Source: Prorocentrum cordatum | Taxonomy: Eukaryota | Reading direction: 5' to 3' | NCBI GenBank assembly: GCA_963575745.1 | Contig: CAUYUJ010000252.1 | Span: 62,001-116,295 of the forward strand | DNA length: 54,295 bases | Shown: positions 51,876-54,295 of the stretch, piece after piece | Layout: the number at the start of each line of letters is the position of its first letter | Numbering within the stretch: the stretch's first letter is position 1 | Notes under the pieces: model-generated | The model's database searches: none | Told to the model about the DNA's origin: nothing | The model's input: only the letters and a program-made list of their open reading frames with translations | Made by a program: the position numbers and the translations under genes

Positions 51876-52363
51876 TAGTAGTAGTCGTACTGGGTGGTGG
51901 TAGTTGTAGTCGTCGTTAGTAGTAGTAGTAATAGGAGTAGTCGTAGTCGTAGTCGTCGTAGTAGTCGTAGTCGTAGTCGTCAGTAGTAGTCGTAGCAGTA
52001 GTAGTAGTAGTAGTAGTAGTCAGTAGTAGTAGTCGTAGTATTAGTAGAGTAGTAGTAGCAGTAGTAAGTTGTAGTAGTAGTAGTAGTAGTAGTAGAGTAG
52101 AACTAGTAGTTTTAGAGTAGTAGTAGTAGTAGGTAGTAAAAAGTAATAGTAGTGTAGTATCAGTAGTAGTAGTAGTAGTAGTAAGTAGTAGAATTAGTAG
52201 TAGTAGCATAGAAGTAGTAGAGTTAGTAGTACTAGTAGTAGTAGTAGTAGGTAGTTAGTAGTAGTAGAAAAATAGTAGTAGTAGTTAGTAGTAGTAAGTA
52301 GTAGTAGTAGTTAGTAGTTCGTAAGTCGTAGTATAGTCGTAGTGTAGTATTGTCGGAGTCGTC

Positions 52364-52452
<89 letters not shown>

Positions 52453-52532
52453 AGTAGTAGTCGCCGTAGTCGTAGTCGCAGTCGGTGTCGCAGTCGTAAC
52501 AGTCGTAGTCGTCGTAGTAGTAGGTGTAGTAA

Positions 52533-52568
<36 letters not shown>

Positions 52569-52648
52569 CAGTAGTAGTAGTAGTAGTAGTAGTAGTAGTT
52601 GTAGTAGTAGTGGTAGTAGTAGCAGCAGTAGCAGTAGTAGTAGCAGCA

Positions 52649-52708
<60 letters not shown>

Positions 52709-52768
52709 GTAGTAGTAGTAGTAGTCGTAGTATGGTAGTAGTAGTAGTAGTAGTAGTAGCAGCAGTAC

Positions 52769-52821
<53 letters not shown>

Positions 52822-52866
52822 TTGGTAGTAGTAGTAGTAGTAGTAGTAGCAGTAGTAGTAGTAGCG

Positions 52867-52897
<31 letters not shown>

Positions 52898-53052
52898 CAG
52901 TAGCAGTAGTAGTAGTAGTAGTGAGTAGTAGTAGTAGTAGTAGTAGTAGTGAGTAGTAGTAGTAGTAGTTCGTGTAGATTGGGTAGTAGTAGTCGTAGTA
53001 GTTAGTAGTAGTAGTAGTAGTAGTAGTAGTCGTAGCGCAGTCGTAGTCGTAC

Positions 53053-53093
<41 letters not shown>

Positions 53094-53123
53094 TCGTAGT
53101 TAAAAAATAGCAGTAGCAGTAGT

Positions 53124-53158
<35 letters not shown>

Positions 53159-53243
53159 ATAGTAGTAGTAGTCGTAGTAGTAGTCGTAGTAGTAGTAGTA
53201 GTTCCAGTAGTAGTAGTGGTAGTAGCAGTAGTCGTAGTAGCAC

Positions 53244-53282
<39 letters not shown>

Positions 53283-53371
53283 TAGTAGTCGTAGTAGTAG
53301 CCGTAGTAGTAGTAGTCGCCGTCGTAGTAGTAGTAGTAGTAGTAGTAGCCGTCGTGGTAAGAGTAGTAGTC

Positions 53372-53405
<34 letters not shown>

Positions 53406-53738
53406 CAGTCGTAGTAGTGGTAGTAGTAGTAGTAGTAGTAGTAACAGTAGTAGTAGCAGTAGTAGTAGTAGTAGTAGTAGTAGTCGTAGTGGTAGTAGTA
53501 GTAGGAGTAGTATTAGTATTAGTAGTAGTAGTAGAAGCAGTACTAGTAGTAGCATTAGCCGTGGTAGTAGTAGTAGTAGTAGTATCAGTAGCAGTAGTAG
53601 TAGTATGAGTATTAGGTGGGTAGTAGTAGTAGTAGTAGCATTAGTAGTAGTAGTTGCAGCAGTAGAGTAGTTGTAGTAGTAGTTTTAGCAGCAGTAGTCG
53701 TAGCAGTAGAAGTAGTAGAAGTGACAGTCGTAGTAGTA

Positions 53739-53772
<34 letters not shown>

Positions 53773-53873
53773 CAGTAGTAGTAGTAGTGGTAGTAGTAGT
53801 AGCATCAGCAGATGTAGTAGTAACCGTAGTCGTAGCCGTAGTAGTAGTAGTAGTGGTAGTAGAAGTAGTCGTC

Positions 53874-53908
<35 letters not shown>

Positions 53909-54026
53909 CGTAGTAGTCGTAGTAGTCGTAGTAGTAGTAGTAGTAGTAGCCGTCGTAGTAGTAGCAGTGGCAGTAGTAGTCGTAGGCGAGGTCGTACTAG
54001 TAGTCGTAGTAGTAGTAGTAGTCGTC

Positions 54027-54061
<35 letters not shown>

Positions 54062-54212
54062 CGTGATAGTAGTGGTAGTAGTAGTCGTAGTAGTCGTCGT
54101 AGTAGTTGTAGTAGTAGTAGTAGCAGTAGTAGTAGCAGCAGCAGCAGTAGTAGTAGTAGTAGTAGTAGTAGTCGGCGTAGTTGTTGTTGTAGTTGTAAGT
54201 TTTGTCGTAGTG

Positions 54213-54295
<83 letters not shown>
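50976..54295. repeat. (AGT)n microsatellite array >3.3 kb, running off the window end
   Basis: Direct reading. Confidence 0.97.

Noticed and set aside
50976..54295. Telomere
   Set aside because: The unit is AGT, not the TTTAGGG-type telomeric repeat.

Overview
Eukaryotic, GC-rich, microsatellite-saturated genomic DNA, most likely dinoflagellate (Prorocentrum-like). This is inferred from GC/GA splice donors, tiny exons in multi-kb introns and relics of the dinoflagellate spliced leader. Almost all long ORFs in the ORF track are artefacts of simple repeats. The real gene is a + strand FHA-like/PP2C (PPM) protein phosphatase that can be assembled in frame from at least 9 small exons over about 30 kb (20-297, 1171-1285, 9512-9593, 14913-15004, 16792-16848, 19574-~19613, 26782-26925, 28774-28863, 29735-29815). 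The central PP2C exons were not found and probably lie in the N gap at 25334-25433. One intron carries an antisense ~2.1 kb retroposed mRNA copy with tandem spliced-leader relics, a short A-tail, a 19-bp target-site duplication and 3x300-bp coding repeats. The rest of the window holds several MITE-like palindromic elements, three copies of a head/satellite/tail element with Helitron-like ends, a 5'-truncated RNase H-bearing LINE, degraded retroelement relics and a >3.3 kb (AGT)n array.
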